A stretch of DNA of 64,000 nucleotides from Sphaerodactylus townsendi (GCF_021028975.2 NC_059426.1:70060001-70124000), one strand, 5' to 3'. Counted from the first letter of the stretch, positions 51,378 to 64,000 are shown. Made by a program: numbers and translations. Notes: generated by a model from the sequence alone, not told the origin.

Positions 51378-51804
51378 GGCAGATTCTGCACGGGCCCCTA
51401 CAGCGACATCCCACCGGCATAGATGATGCTGATGGAGTCCTAGGGCCATTCACATGCTAAGATTCGAGCGACCCCGGGGTGGCCACGGCCCATGGAGGCG
51501 CCTCCACATGGAGGTACCTCCATTTTCTTTCCCCAGACTTTCCTTCTGTCCCTGCAGAGCTCTGCAGGGACAGGGAGGCATGCCCATGCTGTCCTCTGAC
51601 CCCCGGGGAGGGTAAGTCTGGGATCGAAAAGGAGCGCCTCCAACCTGGTGCCATATACACAGTGCCGGCAAGGAAACACTGTTTCCTGAAAGCCTCGCTC
51701 ATTTTCCCCCAGTTGGCAGGAGCATGGCGCCACCTCATTGTGGAGGCAGCAGCCGTGAAAGCAGTGCCCCAGGGACAGCACTGTTTTTGGCCTGTGTAGA
51801 CTCC
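51378..51804. mobile_element. Harbinger-like non-autonomous element related to 18623-19030
   Basis: Degenerate TIRs (ttctgcacgggcc / ggcctgtgtaga); shares gcccatgctg.cctctgacc with the 18623 element. Confidence 0.55.
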
Positions 51805-53250
51805 TTGTTACGGTTGCCAACTCTGAGTTGTAAAATTCCTGGAGATGTGTTTGGAGATTGAAATTTGGAGATGGAATCTGGGGGAAATGGGTTTTGGGGA
51901 CAGAAGAAATTTCATTAAAGTCACAGATTCCACCACCCCCTCCCAAGCAAAAATAAAAAGGAGAGCAGTGTTTAGGTGACAGAAGGACATGAGAAGAAGT
52001 AAAAAGCCCCTCTCCCTCCTCTTCCATTAGTTCTTGGATGAAATTGCAGCTCCAGAAGCTGCATTCAATAATAATATCACAATGTAGACTTAAAGGCTCA
52101 CAGAAACACATAGAAAATATTTAAGATTTAATGATGTATGTGTTATTTATGGTTTTAATTACAATAAATTTAAACTGTTAGTTGCCCTCAGCCTGGCCAG
52201 AAGAGTGAGATAAAAACATGAACAAATAAATAAAATGAAAAGAACAAATATCTCACACTCCATTGGATGATGGCGCTTCAAACTGCATTCTAACATAATC
52301 CCTGCATCGCCCAGTGATCTACAATATGCGATGCTTTAAATACATTTTGTTTATTATTTATATATTATTGCCATTTGAACTGCTTAACTGCTATTTGGCT
52401 TGCCAAACAGTTCCCTGCACCTGCTCTGTAAATGAGAAATTCAACTGGCTAAGATGAGGAGCTTTCTACCCGATCTCCAGAAGCTTATTACACTATTTAG
52501 CAATGTACACTTCAAATGAAAAGTTATAGCTTTCCTGTGGAGCTTCCTTGCTGAATCCATGAACCTTAGACTTCCGAACCAAATCCTAGCCTTGCTGACA
52601 TTGCTGGACATAATCTGTGAGAATTTGATCCCATTTGGATAAGGGAAAGGAGTTACAGCCTGAAATATACTTAATTTGAAATGAATGAAAATAGCCATCA
52701 GCGGTGGCGCACGGGTATTGCTCTGGAAGCGCCGACGGCGGCAAGAGGCAACCGCCCTGCTGAACTGGCAAACGGGGAACACCTCTTGCCAGGAGTGTCC
52801 ACCCAGCAGAGCCCCTCAGCAGAGCGAAGCCCAATGCAGGGCATCCGCCCATGGGAGCTTCGCTAGGAAGCAGACAGGCCAGATCAAGACCCATGCTACG
52901 CCTCACGCTTCTGTTTTTGCTTGATTAATAAAATGGCTATGGCCAAGTGTTTATCCCAGCAAAGAGTCTTATGTGGTTATTGGGAGAGGATCCACCCAGG
53001 TGGTTCCCACCCTCAGAAGGCAACTGATTGGCAATTTATTTTAACAAGTAATTTATTAAAATCAGACATTTACAGTGCCATCCTAAGAAAAGTTACACCT
53101 TTCTCAACCCACTGATGTAAACAGATTTAGAAGGGTATAGCAGTGTTTCAGAATACCAGCCTTTCTCTTCAATGGCTGCTGTGGAAACAAGTGTTCTATA
53201 TTGTTGCCAAAACCTGCATCTTAATTACATAACTGCTACAGAACTTTTGT

Positions 53251-54195
53251 TCAGAATTTCTGGAAACAAAACAATTTTTTTAGCAACTTTTTAATGGCAA
53301 ATTTAACTTCCTTGTTTCTTAAGGCATAGATCATAGGGTTCAACAGAGGTGTTAGAAAGACATACACCATTGAGATCATTGTGTCCTGATCTAATGAAGA
53401 CCCAGACTTAGGTCTCAAATACACAAAAGAAGCACACCCAAAATGTGTTAGTACCACAGTGAGATGGGAGGCACAGGTAGAGAAGGCTTTCTGCCTGCCC
53501 ATGCTGGACTGGATCTTAAGGATAGCAGAGAGGATGTTGATATATGAGATAATGATCAGTATGACTGTTGCCAACAAAACAATGGCACAGAAAAAAACAA
53601 TCACAACACTTGTTAGGTAGATGTCAGTACAAGCTAGTCGCAGAACAGGTGAGAGATCACAGAAGAAATGTCTCACTCCATTGGGTCCACAGAAGGGTAA
53701 CCTGAAGATAAGGCAATCAATGTTCAGTGATATGAGAAATCCTGCCACAAAGGATGCAGCTACCAGTTTGGCACATGTCCTTTTGCTCATCAGGACCTGG
53801 TATTGAAGTGGGTAGCATATTGCCACATACCTATCATAAGCCATAGCCACTAGCAAAAAACAATTGTTTGCCCCCAGGCCAAAGAACCAAAATACCTGTA
53901 AAGTACATCCAGTAAAGGAAATGGATTGATGTCCTGTCAGCAGAGTCACTAAGAGCTTGGGGATGGTAACAAATGTGGTGCTGGTGTCTGAGACTGAGAA
54001 TGCAAAGAACAGAAAATACATAGGGTTGTGTAGGGTCCGGTCAATCAGTATGACTGACATAACGATGATGTTGAAGAGCAGGATTGTGCCATACACAAGA
54101 GCAAAAATCAGGAAAAGCACAACTGGGTTTATTCCAAGAACAGAAAAACCCAGCAAGAGAAATTCAGTCACTGAGCTGATGTTTCCCTTTTGCAT
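53251..54195 (-). CDS. Olfactory receptor, class II (OR10-like), intact, 314 aa
   Basis: NIS site, [61 protein letters not shown]. Splice acceptor (minus-strand ttcttctag) at 54220-54221. Confidence 0.95.
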   Translation of the reverse strand: MQKGNISSVTEFLLLGFSVLGINPVVLFLIFALVYGTILLFNIIVMSVILIDRTLHNPMYFLFFAFSVSDTSTTFVTIPKLLVTLLTGHQSISFTGCTLQVFWFFGLGANNCFLLVAMAYDRYVAICYPLQYQVLMSKRTCAKLVAASFVAGFLISLNIDCLIFRLPFCGPNGVRHFFCDLSPVLRLACTDIYLTSVVIVFFCAIVLLATVILIIISYINILSAILKIQSSMGRQKAFSTCASHLTVVLTHFGCASFVYLRPKSGSSLDQDTMISMVYVFLTPLLNPMIYALRNKEVKFAIKKLLKKLFCFQKF

Positions 54196-55146
54196 ATTCT
54201 TTAAAAAAAGTTTTTTGACCTAGAAGAAAAATTCAGTGAGTTAAATGAGATATACAAGATAATGACAGTAGATCTATTTAACTGACTCAGAGTGCCAGCA
54301 GATATTTTAAAGGATCTATAAGGAATAGTCCAATCAGTAGGAAAGCTTATGACATATGGAGGTTGTGCTATACATACACAAAATAGGCAGATAACACCTA
54401 ATATGTCATTTCCACACGATCTTCCAGTCCTCTGGTTCATAAAGCCGTCATCCTACCCTTTCCTGCTTTAATCTTATACCTGTAGCTCGGTATTTTTACA
54501 AATACTTGTATAACACTATCTAATGATCACTACATTGTATTGAGAAGGCATTAAACAACAATGTGCTAATGCAACAGAGTCTGAGTTCTGGCAATGAAAA
54601 AAAAGTGAGACTTTGGATACACCAATATCACGGTTCTTAGATTTTACTGCACTACAAAGATGAGAAAAACACTTTATTATCTTTCGAATAGATGGCATAA
54701 GACTAAGGGAGGGATGTTGTGTCAGAATAGATCTTTCAGATGCATGGACAAAGTCACAGAACTCTCTGCACTTGGTACTCCAAACTAAACTATGAAGGGC
54801 TATTAATTACATTAAAAAAAGTTTGAGCTATCATCCCCTCTCAGTAGGTAAGACTAGCAGGTAAGATGACCAGGAGTTTTAATAAATACTTTTACGTTAT
54901 GACTTCATATTTATGAGCTTTTAAATCCTTTATAATTTGTCAGTAACATTCTTGTAGTAAGCAAAGAAACTGAGATATATTGATACCTAGATACTGTTAT
55001 CCATAAACTTACCTCCAACTAGAAGAAAGCCACCCCTGCCTGTTGAATATTATTGCCTTTATTAAAGCAGGGACTGGTTCACCACTTGGGAACATGTTCT
55101 CCTGATAATTCTGATGTTTTATGTCTAGGCAATTAAGGTTTACATA

Positions 55147-55863
55147 GGTTGTTTCTGCATGGTTCAAATATCCCGGTTGAGCAAGGGAAATATCCCGGTT
55201 TGGTCAAGAAGTTTGCATGGTTCCCAGTCCTAAAGTGGGTTTGTCCTGTGATAGCTCCCTCATCCCAGATTTTCAAAAATCGCCAATTTGGCAATTCTTT
55301 TCAAAAATCCTGCGGTGAACCCATTACCATGCAAACACCATGAGAGCAGAACCAGTTTATTTTTCCCACCCAGCCACCTGATCTCCCCACCTGTTGTCAT
55401 GTCAGTTTTCAACTCTGCTAAGCCACTGACTGTTGCAGCCTGCCCTTCCAGAAATGTTCCCCCCAAGCACATTTTCTGCTCATAGTATCAACTGGGTGCC
55501 ATTTCACCTGGGTTAATCAGGAATGGAGTCCCAAAATGTCGCCATTTTCTTTTCTGTACATGTACTGGTTGCTTGGAGTGCATAGCTATGAAGATGTGCA
55601 CTTTGGGCCAAATTTTAGTGGACATATCATGGGGGGGGGACTGAAAAAGGAGAAGTGTGTGCAAGTAATGCGCTTCTTGAGGTCATTTGCTCAGCTGTGG
55701 CTGCAATCCACATTAAAACAAAAGAATCACCGATTCTTGAAAATCCTGGGTTGGGGGGAACGTGGAGCAGACTCACGTTGGGAGCAGGATCCGTGCAAAG
55801 TTCCCCCGACACCGGTTTTATTCCGTGGTTAGCCCACATTTATTGGCCCATGCGGAAGGGACC
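55147..55863. mobile_element. Harbinger-like non-autonomous element
   Basis: Ends ggttgtttctgcatgg / ccatgcggaagggacc resemble the TIRs of the other Harbinger-like copies. Confidence 0.5.
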
Positions 55864-55869
55864 TTTATG

Positions 55870-56160
55870 TTGCAAGGTCATGCACTGGTCTATTGTTGAG
55901 CACCTTTCTCTAAACCCAGTTTATTCTCTCCACCAGCAGATTTTCATGTTCCATCCAACTCCTCAATTTTACACTTTTATGCCATGCATAAAGTTTACTA
56001 ATGGTATTAAGCAAGCTTATTGGTTTGTAATTCGTGGGATAATCCCTATTTCCCTTCTTTTGAATAGGAACAATAATTGCAGGGCCACAATCTTTAGGGA
56101 TTTGTCTGTATTTGTCAATGGCTGTGAACAATATGATTAGGACAGGAGCCCACCAGTCCA
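55870..56160 (-). mobile_element. LINE RT fragment (RTE-X-like)
   Basis: IIVPIQKKG...NYKPISLLNTISKLYA. Confidence 0.8.
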
Positions 56161-56469
56161 AAATCCTCTTTTTCCTTCTGTTTTGGAATACATTGTGGGT
56201 TTTTTTTAATTTCTCTTTTTTATTAATTTAAAATTTCAACAGTTTATAAAGTATAGAAATAGAAGGATAAAGTTTTACAGACAAAAATAACAGGACAGTT
56301 TACATGTAGATATAGAATTGATATTTATGTTTGTTACATGGGGGTGGGCAGGCAAGATTATAATGGACCAATGATCCCTAAATATAATGGAACAGTCACT
56401 TCTGCCCAACCCCCCCCACTCACTCAGCCACTTAAGGAGCAAATAACAGAGCCTCTTTTTAAAAAATGG

Positions 56470-57231
56470 AGGTAACACAGATAGGCACTACCCCGTTCAG
56501 ACTAACCAAAGACACACTGGCACTTTTGGTAACGTGAAAACAGATTTAACTTTATTATTTACAGAAATGAACTGGCTTCTTAGATGGCACAGAGATGTTA
56601 CTTAAGCATGCGGTTTCAGAAAGTTTGAGCTTCTACTTCACAGATTTTTCAAGCAGTTTCACTGACACAGACTTGGTCACACACAGGTGGCCCACTGAGA
56701 GTACTCTTTCCTCTCTCTTAAAGTCTTCAGCTTCTTAGCTACTAGTACCCACACTATCAGCTGGAGCTTAGAGGACTCTTGGCTTCCTAGCCTTCCTCTC
56801 TCACTAGTCCCTATTTGGGTTTCACGACCCCTCTGGACTTCACTCCCAGACTGGATGGTACTGTGTACTGGCAGATATACTCTGCCTGGATGCTAAGCTG
56901 CGGGCCACCTTCCACAGACTTTGATCCACCTCAGCTTAACAAAGCTTTTCACTGCTCAAAGAGCTCTTGCTGACAAAGTCAGACTTCTCTTCAGATCAAG
57001 ATCCAAACGATTCAGATTTCAAGTCAAGTCTCTGACAGGCTTTCTCCTGTTTATATATAACCAGCACTTCTAGTTCCCCCTACCTGAGGCTATAGGCGAA
57101 CTGCGCCTCTCCCAGCCAATCAGGTGGTATCTCCATATAAGGAGCGTGCTTACACATTTCTGGCTGTTGCTAAGGCCAGCTAATCTGCACCTTAACACAA
57201 ACCAACCCTTCAATTCGGGGTAGTCAGTCAC
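56470..57231 (-). mobile_element. Probable solo LTR
   Basis: Subterminal inverted actaccccg / cggggtagt; minus strand starts TGTGA; CCAAT (about 57115), TATA (about 57052) and AATAAA (about 56553) in U3-R order on minus. TSD not resolved. Confidence 0.5.
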
Positions 57232-58223
57232 ATATGCCATGGGCAGAAAATCAACTATTAAAAATACTCCCAACATCTGAGAGCCCCACCAATTAAAAAG
57301 TTGTATTTCTGGCTTTTTAAAGCTAATTAAAAGAAGATTAAAAAGTTTAAAAGGGGGACAATCTTACAAGGTAATTGATCAGCAGTCAGGATGGGTGTGA
57401 CATGCATGTCCTATCTGGCAACCACTGTCTTAAGGCTGCAGTACAGTAATCTAGTTTCAAGGTAATCATGGCAAGGATCCCCGTGGCTAGATCAGGTAGG
57501 GTGCCAATTGTCAGTGTAAGTGAAGCTGACACAATGCTTTTTTGTAGTTGGCCTGCTGCTCCATTAATAATACTGTATCCAGTATAACCTCTAGGCTCTT
57601 AACAGAAGGCTGAGCTTCAGCCTTCCTGACCAGTGCTACCACCATCTTATCAGGATTTTTTTTTCACATTTTAAAAACTTTATTTCCTTAACTTATATTC
57701 CACCTTTCCCCTCATGGGCTCAAAATAATTTAAACCATGTTGAATTGTACTTAACTGCCATTATATTATTGTATTATTTCATTTTGCCCGCTACTTAGAT
57801 TGGTCCTTGGAGAAGTGGTGTGTACATTTTCTAAAGAAACAAACAATACTGGTTCTGGACAAAGAACTACAGGAACTGAGAGAAACCAAAGCCTTATTTG
57901 GCCGATATCCTTATTCCCATCACTTTCCTTGAATTTCTTGGTTAGAATCTCCCACAACTAGGTATGAGGCTGATTTTGATTTGTAGCCTGTACATTACCA
58001 TGAAAAGCGTCTTTTACATAATAATCCTTACAATAGAATATTGATTAACAGAACCAGCATTTTAGTTCTAACTCAGGGTTATAAATACTGAAGAGTTTAA
58101 CTGTTGTTACTTAAAAGTAGGGAGTTGGCACTGAAATCTAGCACAAAACAAAACTTCCTTATCATTGGTCCATAATGAAACACATACTATGCACAAAGTT
58201 CTACCACTGGGAGAAGCCTTTAT

Positions 58224-59162
58224 TCAGACTTTCTGGGAATGCAATGAGTTTCTTAGTAGTTTCTTAATGGCTAATTTAACCTCATTGTTTCTTAAACTAT
58301 AAATCAGGGGGTTGAACAGAGGGGTTAGAAAGACATAACTCACAGAAATCAATGTATCTTGATCTAGAGAGGGCTTGGGCCTCAAATACACAAATATAGC
58401 ACCCCCAAAGTGCATTACCACCACAGTAAGGTGAGAGGCACATGTAGAAAAGGCTTTCTGCCTCCCTGCACTAGAGTGGATTTTTAGGATAGTAGAGAGT
58501 ATACAGATATATGAGATAATGATCAGTATGACTGTGCCCAACAAAACCATGGCAGACAAAATAGTAATCACAATACTAGTCAGGTGGCTGTCCATACATG
58601 CTAGTCTCAAAACAGGTGAGATGTCACAGAAGAAATGTTTCACTTTATTGGGTCCACAGAAGGGTAACCTGAAGATAAGGCAATCAGAGCTCAGTGATAT
58701 GAGAAATCCTGTCACAGATGATGCAGCTACCAGTTTGGCACATGTCCTTTTGCTCATCAGTACCTGGTATTGAAGTGGGTAACATATCGCCACATATCGA
58801 TCATAAGCCATAGCAACTAGCAGGAAACAGTTGTTTACTGCAAAGGCAAAGAACCAAAACATTTGCATAGCACATCCAGTAAAGGAAATTGAGTGTTGCC
58901 CTGTTAGCAGAATTGCTAGGAGCTTAGGGATGGTAACAAAAGTAAAAGACGTTTCTGAGACAGAGAGTGCAAAGAGTAGCAAGTACATAGGGCTGTGTAG
59001 AGTCCGGTCAACCAGTATAACTGTTATGATAGTGATGTTGAAGACTAGGATTGCACTATACAAAATAGAACAAATCAGGAAAAGTAAAGCTGGATGTTTT
59101 TCAAGAACGATATTCCCCAGCAAGAGAAATTCAGTCACTGAGCTGATGTTTTGCTTATTCAT
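58224..59162 (-). CDS. Olfactory receptor, class II (OR10-like), intact, 312 aa; paralog of the 53251 OR
   Basis: NIS site, [60 protein letters not shown]. Acceptor (minus-strand gttttag) near 59187. Confidence 0.95.
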   Translation of the reverse strand: MNKQNISSVTEFLLLGNIVLEKHPALLFLICSILYSAILVFNITIITVILVDRTLHSPMYLLLFALSVSETSFTFVTIPKLLAILLTGQHSISFTGCAMQMFWFFAFAVNNCFLLVAMAYDRYVAICYPLQYQVLMSKRTCAKLVAASSVTGFLISLSSDCLIFRLPFCGPNKVKHFFCDISPVLRLACMDSHLTSIVITILSAMVLLGTVILIIISYICILSTILKIHSSAGRQKAFSTCASHLTVVVMHFGGAIFVYLRPKPSLDQDTLISVSYVFLTPLFNPLIYSLRNNEVKLAIKKLLRNSLHSQKV

Positions 59163-60944
59163 GTTCTCAGCAAAGATATCTCTGACCTAAAACAATGTAA
59201 TGATGGTTAGAGTGGTAAAATGAAATAGTGGATAGAATTATAGGCGTAGCCCCACATTTATCTTAAATGACACACATGTTTACTGTTGCTTAACTTCAGG
59301 GATGTATAATAAAATGGAAAAGATCTTGCATATTGATGTTCTGGAAATAATGTAGGACAGTTTTCACACCCTAATACTTTTTATTTACAAGTGATACTTT
59401 CATATGGCTGCATGCCTCCCATATATCCAACGGCCAGACGGGTAAGTCATTGACCGTCCTCTCTCAATCTTATTCTAGTGCATTGATATTCCAAAGCCTT
59501 GCGTCTTGGTACTAAGCTCTGGTAATGAAAACAAAGTTTCAGGTGAAGTAAATATCAACTGCACCATAATCAAGTCCAGATCATGCATGCGTTTTCTAAT
59601 CTAACCCTTATAATTAAAAATACTGTTTTCTCTCCTAACTGGTAAAGTCAACTTATTGATCACCCTCCTTTTTCTTAGCAGACTGAATGATTTAAAAAAT
59701 AATGGTGAACATTCCCTCCATCCTCCATGTTCAATCTTTGTTTCAGTCAATGGACTACTCACTTGTCTCAGATACTTGTCATATAGCTTTCCTTTAATCA
59801 CCTTTGAGAACCAATCCTGTTTTATTCAATAAAAACTTCCTTGAAATGAGCAGAGAAACAGAGATGGATAGATGAATGCATAGTTCACAGATAGGATGAT
59901 GTTTCTAAGAGACTTATTTTCATCTAGGCAGAAGCAGTTCTACTTTGACATAGCTTTTTTAAATACTGGAAATGATGTGCCACTTAGGAACACGTTCTCC
60001 TGAGAATTCGGTTGTTTCCTCATTTAGACAATTCAAAGTTGGACATAATTCAACTTTGGAGACAGATAGGGAGAAGCAACAAAGCTAATTGTGGGTGTAA
60101 CTCTTTTGAAGTGGTTTATTAGTTATTTAAATTTAACATTGTAATTTATTGTGCTAAACATTGTGTTAAATGTTTAAATCTACACATGGGTTGGATCCCA
60201 TGCCCTTCTGCAATTAGAAAGTGACTTCCACTCTTGAAAGAGCTGCTTTCCAACTTACACTAGAGGAGGGGCAGGCAATCCCCAGTATGTGTGCTACTGT
60301 TAATATACCAGAACATTTTTCTTGGCACCCAGGATCTGATCTTGGCCCAAACAATCAAGGCACTGGCGATAATGTTGGAGCCTGTGGTTTGGGAAAAAAG
60401 GCAAAGGGCATGACTTACACCCATCATAGTCTCCCAGAATTATACAGCCACCAGCAGAGTCCAAAGAGAATCCACAAGATACTGCCAGCACTGGTGGGAC
60501 TTGACTTGATACAAGCATTTCTGGTCAAGTATAATCCCCCCCTTCCTTAATACCACACCAGCATCTAAGCTCTGTCAATGAGGTCCCTGGCATGTACTGC
60601 AGGGCTCTCTTCCCCATCTGGTTTTTATGATGCTCATTCATCAGGTCTTTTGGCAGGCAGCTTTCCTCTCTGACTATTTCCTATTCGCTAGTATACTCTC
60701 TCTCTGTCTTGGGGAAAAAAAAGTACTTGCCATGGTTTCAGGGTCCCTGTTCATAACAGTCAGAATCTACTAAAATAATTTCCAACATCTATGAGCAAAT
60801 TCTTTTTCCTGAGGCTGCAACCATGCTAGGCTAGGCAGTAGTCTTTGCTTGTACATGCCAGAAGGCAAGGGACTTTTTAAAGGAGGGGGATAAAGGAAAA
60901 TCTGATAGAGTTACCAGAATTATTTGTTAGTTAGTTAGTTTGTT

Positions 60945-61125
60945 TATACAGTGCCTTTATCCCCAGTAGGAACCCAAGGTGACTTACATCATTCTCCTCT
61001 CTTCCATTTTATCTTCACAATAACCCTGTGAGGCTGATTATGCTGAAAGAGTGTGACAGGCTCAAGATCACCCAGTGAGCTTTCATGGCACAAGAAGGGC
61101 TTGACCCCAGGCCTCTCAGATCAGC
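60945..61125 (-). mobile_element. Old diverged CORE/MIR-like SINE
   Basis: ttcacaataaccctgtgagg...tgtgacaggctcaagatcacccagtgagct...cccaggcctctcagatc. Confidence 0.6.
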
Positions 61126-61643
61126 ACCCTTAAGCAGCACTCCCCTATAGAAAATGGCTGCTTAGAAGAGTGGATTCTATCACACTGCAACCTGCTGATG
61201 TATCTCTCAGTAGGTTATTATGCCATATTCTGTCCTCTCCCAGATGCCACCCCGCAAATTTCCATGAATTTCCCAATCTAGAGTTTGCAACCCAGCCCCA
61301 TAGCTTAAACTGGTATAATATGCCTTTTTTATTTTATTGGAATTATACCATGGCCATTCTTGGCCAGCCATGATAGCAAAGGGGACAGGTGATACCACTC
61401 TGCACCAAATAGCTTTCAGATCAAAGCAGACTGAAACTAAATAGATACTTAGACTTGAGTTTACTAATTGGCAGCCATCTTCCTAGGACTTATTTTATAT
61501 AGGAATGGTTGAATTATTTTTTACTGTAATGTTTTAATTTATTGTATATGTATTGGATATTGTATTGTAGTGTATTTTGACTCTGATTGTACTCTCAGCC
61601 TGACTTCAGCCAGGAATTGAGTGGAACACAAATTTAATAGGTA

Positions 61644-61645
61644 AA

Positions 61646-61694
<49 letters not shown>
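61644..61694. repeat. (TAAA)n microsatellite
   Basis: Direct reading. Confidence 0.9.
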
Positions 61695-62013
61695 ACTTTC
61701 CATGTTACAATGCTTTGGTTGCTCCCAATGTGCTTTGCCTTTCCTTTCCTCTGTATTGAATCATTGAGTCTTTTTAGTACTGGATAGATTAGAACTATCA
61801 CAAAAGATAACTCAAGTCTGGTGAAATGGCCTTATTCCACTATTGTTGCCACCATATGTGGCCAGCAGGACGCCACTCTGCTACTGCTCGCTTGCCTAGG
61901 TAGTGGATCTACATAGTGTGATTCATTGCCTTACCACCTACCTTCATTTCCTTTTCTGTTGCTAGTACTCAGACCTTTCTTTAAACTGCACCAGTGAGCA
62001 TGCACTATCAGCT

Positions 62014-64000
62014 TTACTTAAGCTTATTTTGAAGTCCCAATTCAGGGACAAACCACTTTCTGCAAAATTCTCTGGTATGTGAGTACTGGCATTTCACAGC
62101 TCCACTAATGATAATCTTTTCTGTTGTTGGATCCCATATTCCATAGGCTTCACTTCTTACTGAATATCCAATAAACACTTTCTGTGTGGCTCTATTATCC
62201 AGCTTAGTTTTGCTTTTCTGTTTTGGAACATATGGATAACTTCCAAAAACCCTCATGTGACTCACGTTTGGCTTATGGCCATGCCATCGTTCAAATGGTG
62301 TTGCATTGATGGCTGTGACCAACATTTCACCCCAAAGTCTTTTAATTAAGCTGGAATCACGTAGCATTGTTCTTACCATGCCCACAAGGGTTTGGTTCAA
62401 TCTCTCTGCCACACCATTCTGGGGTGCCAAATAGGGTGCACTGGTCTGGTGCACTATCCCACACTGACTTAGATAGTTCTGCATCTCATGGCCAAAATAT
62501 TCACCACCATTATTGGGCCTCAAGGTCTCTGGATACCATCCAAACTTGTTATAGACCATTGCACAGAAGTCCTTGAATTTCTGCAAAACGTTTGCTTTTT
62601 CTTTGATTAGATATACATAAACATAACATGAGAAATCATCTATGAAAGTAACAAAGTACTTACTTATAGTCACTGGTTGGATTGGCGCATACACATCACT
62701 ATGGATTAACTCGAGTGGTTTACTGCTCTTTCTTTCTGCTTCCTTTGGATAAGGAACATTCTTAGCCTTTGCAACAATACACGATTCACACTCCACTGGG
62801 CACCCATCACATTTTGATATTTTAATCCCTTTAAGCAATCCTTTGTTCACCATATCACTTATGCATTGCTTATTCCTGTGCCCAAGGTGTTTACGCCAAA
62901 CACACAAACATGCTTGTTCAGCAGAGGTTACTGTTGCAGCATTCACATACTCAGATTTGCAATCCTGACCATTTTTCATGTTCATCTCATTGTCCTCTAT
63001 TACAGTGTAAAGATAATCTCTACATCTCTTTGCCATTAGTGTTACCTTTTGGTTCAGAGAAATTTTACACATTCCTTTAAAGATGTTGATATTACATTGC
63101 TTTTTCTCAAACAAGGACAAACTCAGTACATTAGCCTTGAACTAATTTGAAAAATAAACCTCTGTTACATAGACTGTTCCCTTTTCATTAGCTACACAAG
63201 TACTGAGGGAGATTACACAAGATATTAGTTCCATTTCCAAAATTTATCTTTATTGGGTCAACAGTTGTGTTTTTCAACAAAAATACATTTCATTTGAAAA
63301 TAGATGCACACTGCTACCGCTGTTCAAAATTATATGTTCATTCTCATCATACACAGATGCAAACAGTATATTTACACTCCTCTTTGAACCTTTATATTCA
63401 CTTGTGAGAGGTTTCACTTCTTTCTGCTTAGTGACCACTAATTGGCACTGCAAAGCTTTGTGCCCTTTTTGGCCACACCTGTAACATATTACAACAGATT
63501 GATCGTTGTTTGATACACCTCTCCAATTAGGAGCCCTTTCAGACACAGGTGCTGCATTCCCTCGCCAATTAGATACTTTCTCTTTCCTTCCACAATGTCC
63601 CATAGACATTGTTCTGTTCTGAAAAAACATCTGGTCTTCTTCCTACATTTCTTCTTAATTCAATCTCCTCTTATATTTGGTTAACAGCATATTCAAAAGT
63701 CAAATCCTTCTTCTGCATAAGCCTAGACACTAGCTCTACAAAAGTGTCAGGCAAAGACATTAAAAGCACTGTTAACTGCTCATGTTCTGAAACAAGATTT
63801 TTACCATAGTCAGCTGAGTGACAAAGTCTTTTAGCTGCAACAAATGTTCTTTAAAGTCCACACTCTCATTATATTGAAGGTTATACAAATGTCTCCTCAC
63901 AGAAAAATAATGAGACCATGAGTTCTTTTCATGCAGTCTTTTCAGAGCATTAAACATTTCCTTAGCTGATGGCAAATCAATTATTGCTGACTGATATTCA
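62014..64000 (-). mobile_element. Decayed Ty1/Copia fragment (gag, zinc knuckle, protease, integrase), runs off the window end
   Basis: SAKEMFNALK, CYRCGQKGHKALQC, ILNSGSSVH, LGH...CESC, PLELIHSDV, FIDDFS, QNGVAERLNQTL, PFERWHG.KPNVSHMRVFG. Confidence 0.9.

Noticed and set aside
51440-52111. 223-aa minus-strand ORF and overlapping ORFs
   Set aside because: Spans GC-rich MITE and repeat sequence where stops are scarce; no motif.
53957-54223. Similar antisense ORFs in both OR10-like genes (also 58831-59190, 53621-53806, 58519-58773)
   Set aside because: Shadow of paralogous sense-strand coding conservation.
1-64000. A novel multi-gene biological system
   Set aside because: All recognisable coding sequence is OR genes or known transposon classes; nothing supports a new protein-coding system.

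Overview
Vertebrate genomic DNA, almost certainly squamate reptile and probably gecko (inferred from the SINE/LINE repertoire). It is part of an olfactory receptor (OR) cluster with five intact single-coding-exon class II OR genes: a paralogous pair on + (about 9.6 kb and 26.1 kb), one OR5/8-like gene on - (38.3 kb) and an OR10-like pair on - (53.3 kb and 58.2 kb). The rest is a dense, nested set of mobile elements: three Ty1/Copia elements (one complete, with 451-bp LTRs, PBS, PPT and TSD), a decayed DIRS tyrosine-recombinase retroelement, a Penelope-like element with a long inverted repeat and a hammerhead-ribozyme motif, RTE-X-like and CR1 LINEs, non-autonomous Helitrons, hAT and Harbinger-like MITEs, tRNA/CORE and 5S-derived SINEs, and a 1.4-kb TRIM-like LTR element. 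I see no evidence of a novel multi-gene system. The best leads are structural: a SINE carrying a 3'-transduced tag from a Helitron-embedded source copy, the Penelope hairpin/ribozyme upstream of an OR, the TRIM-like element, an inverted paralogous non-coding block upstream of two different ORs, and a probable gene-conversion tract between OR paralogs. All alignments were done by eye, so identities are approximate.
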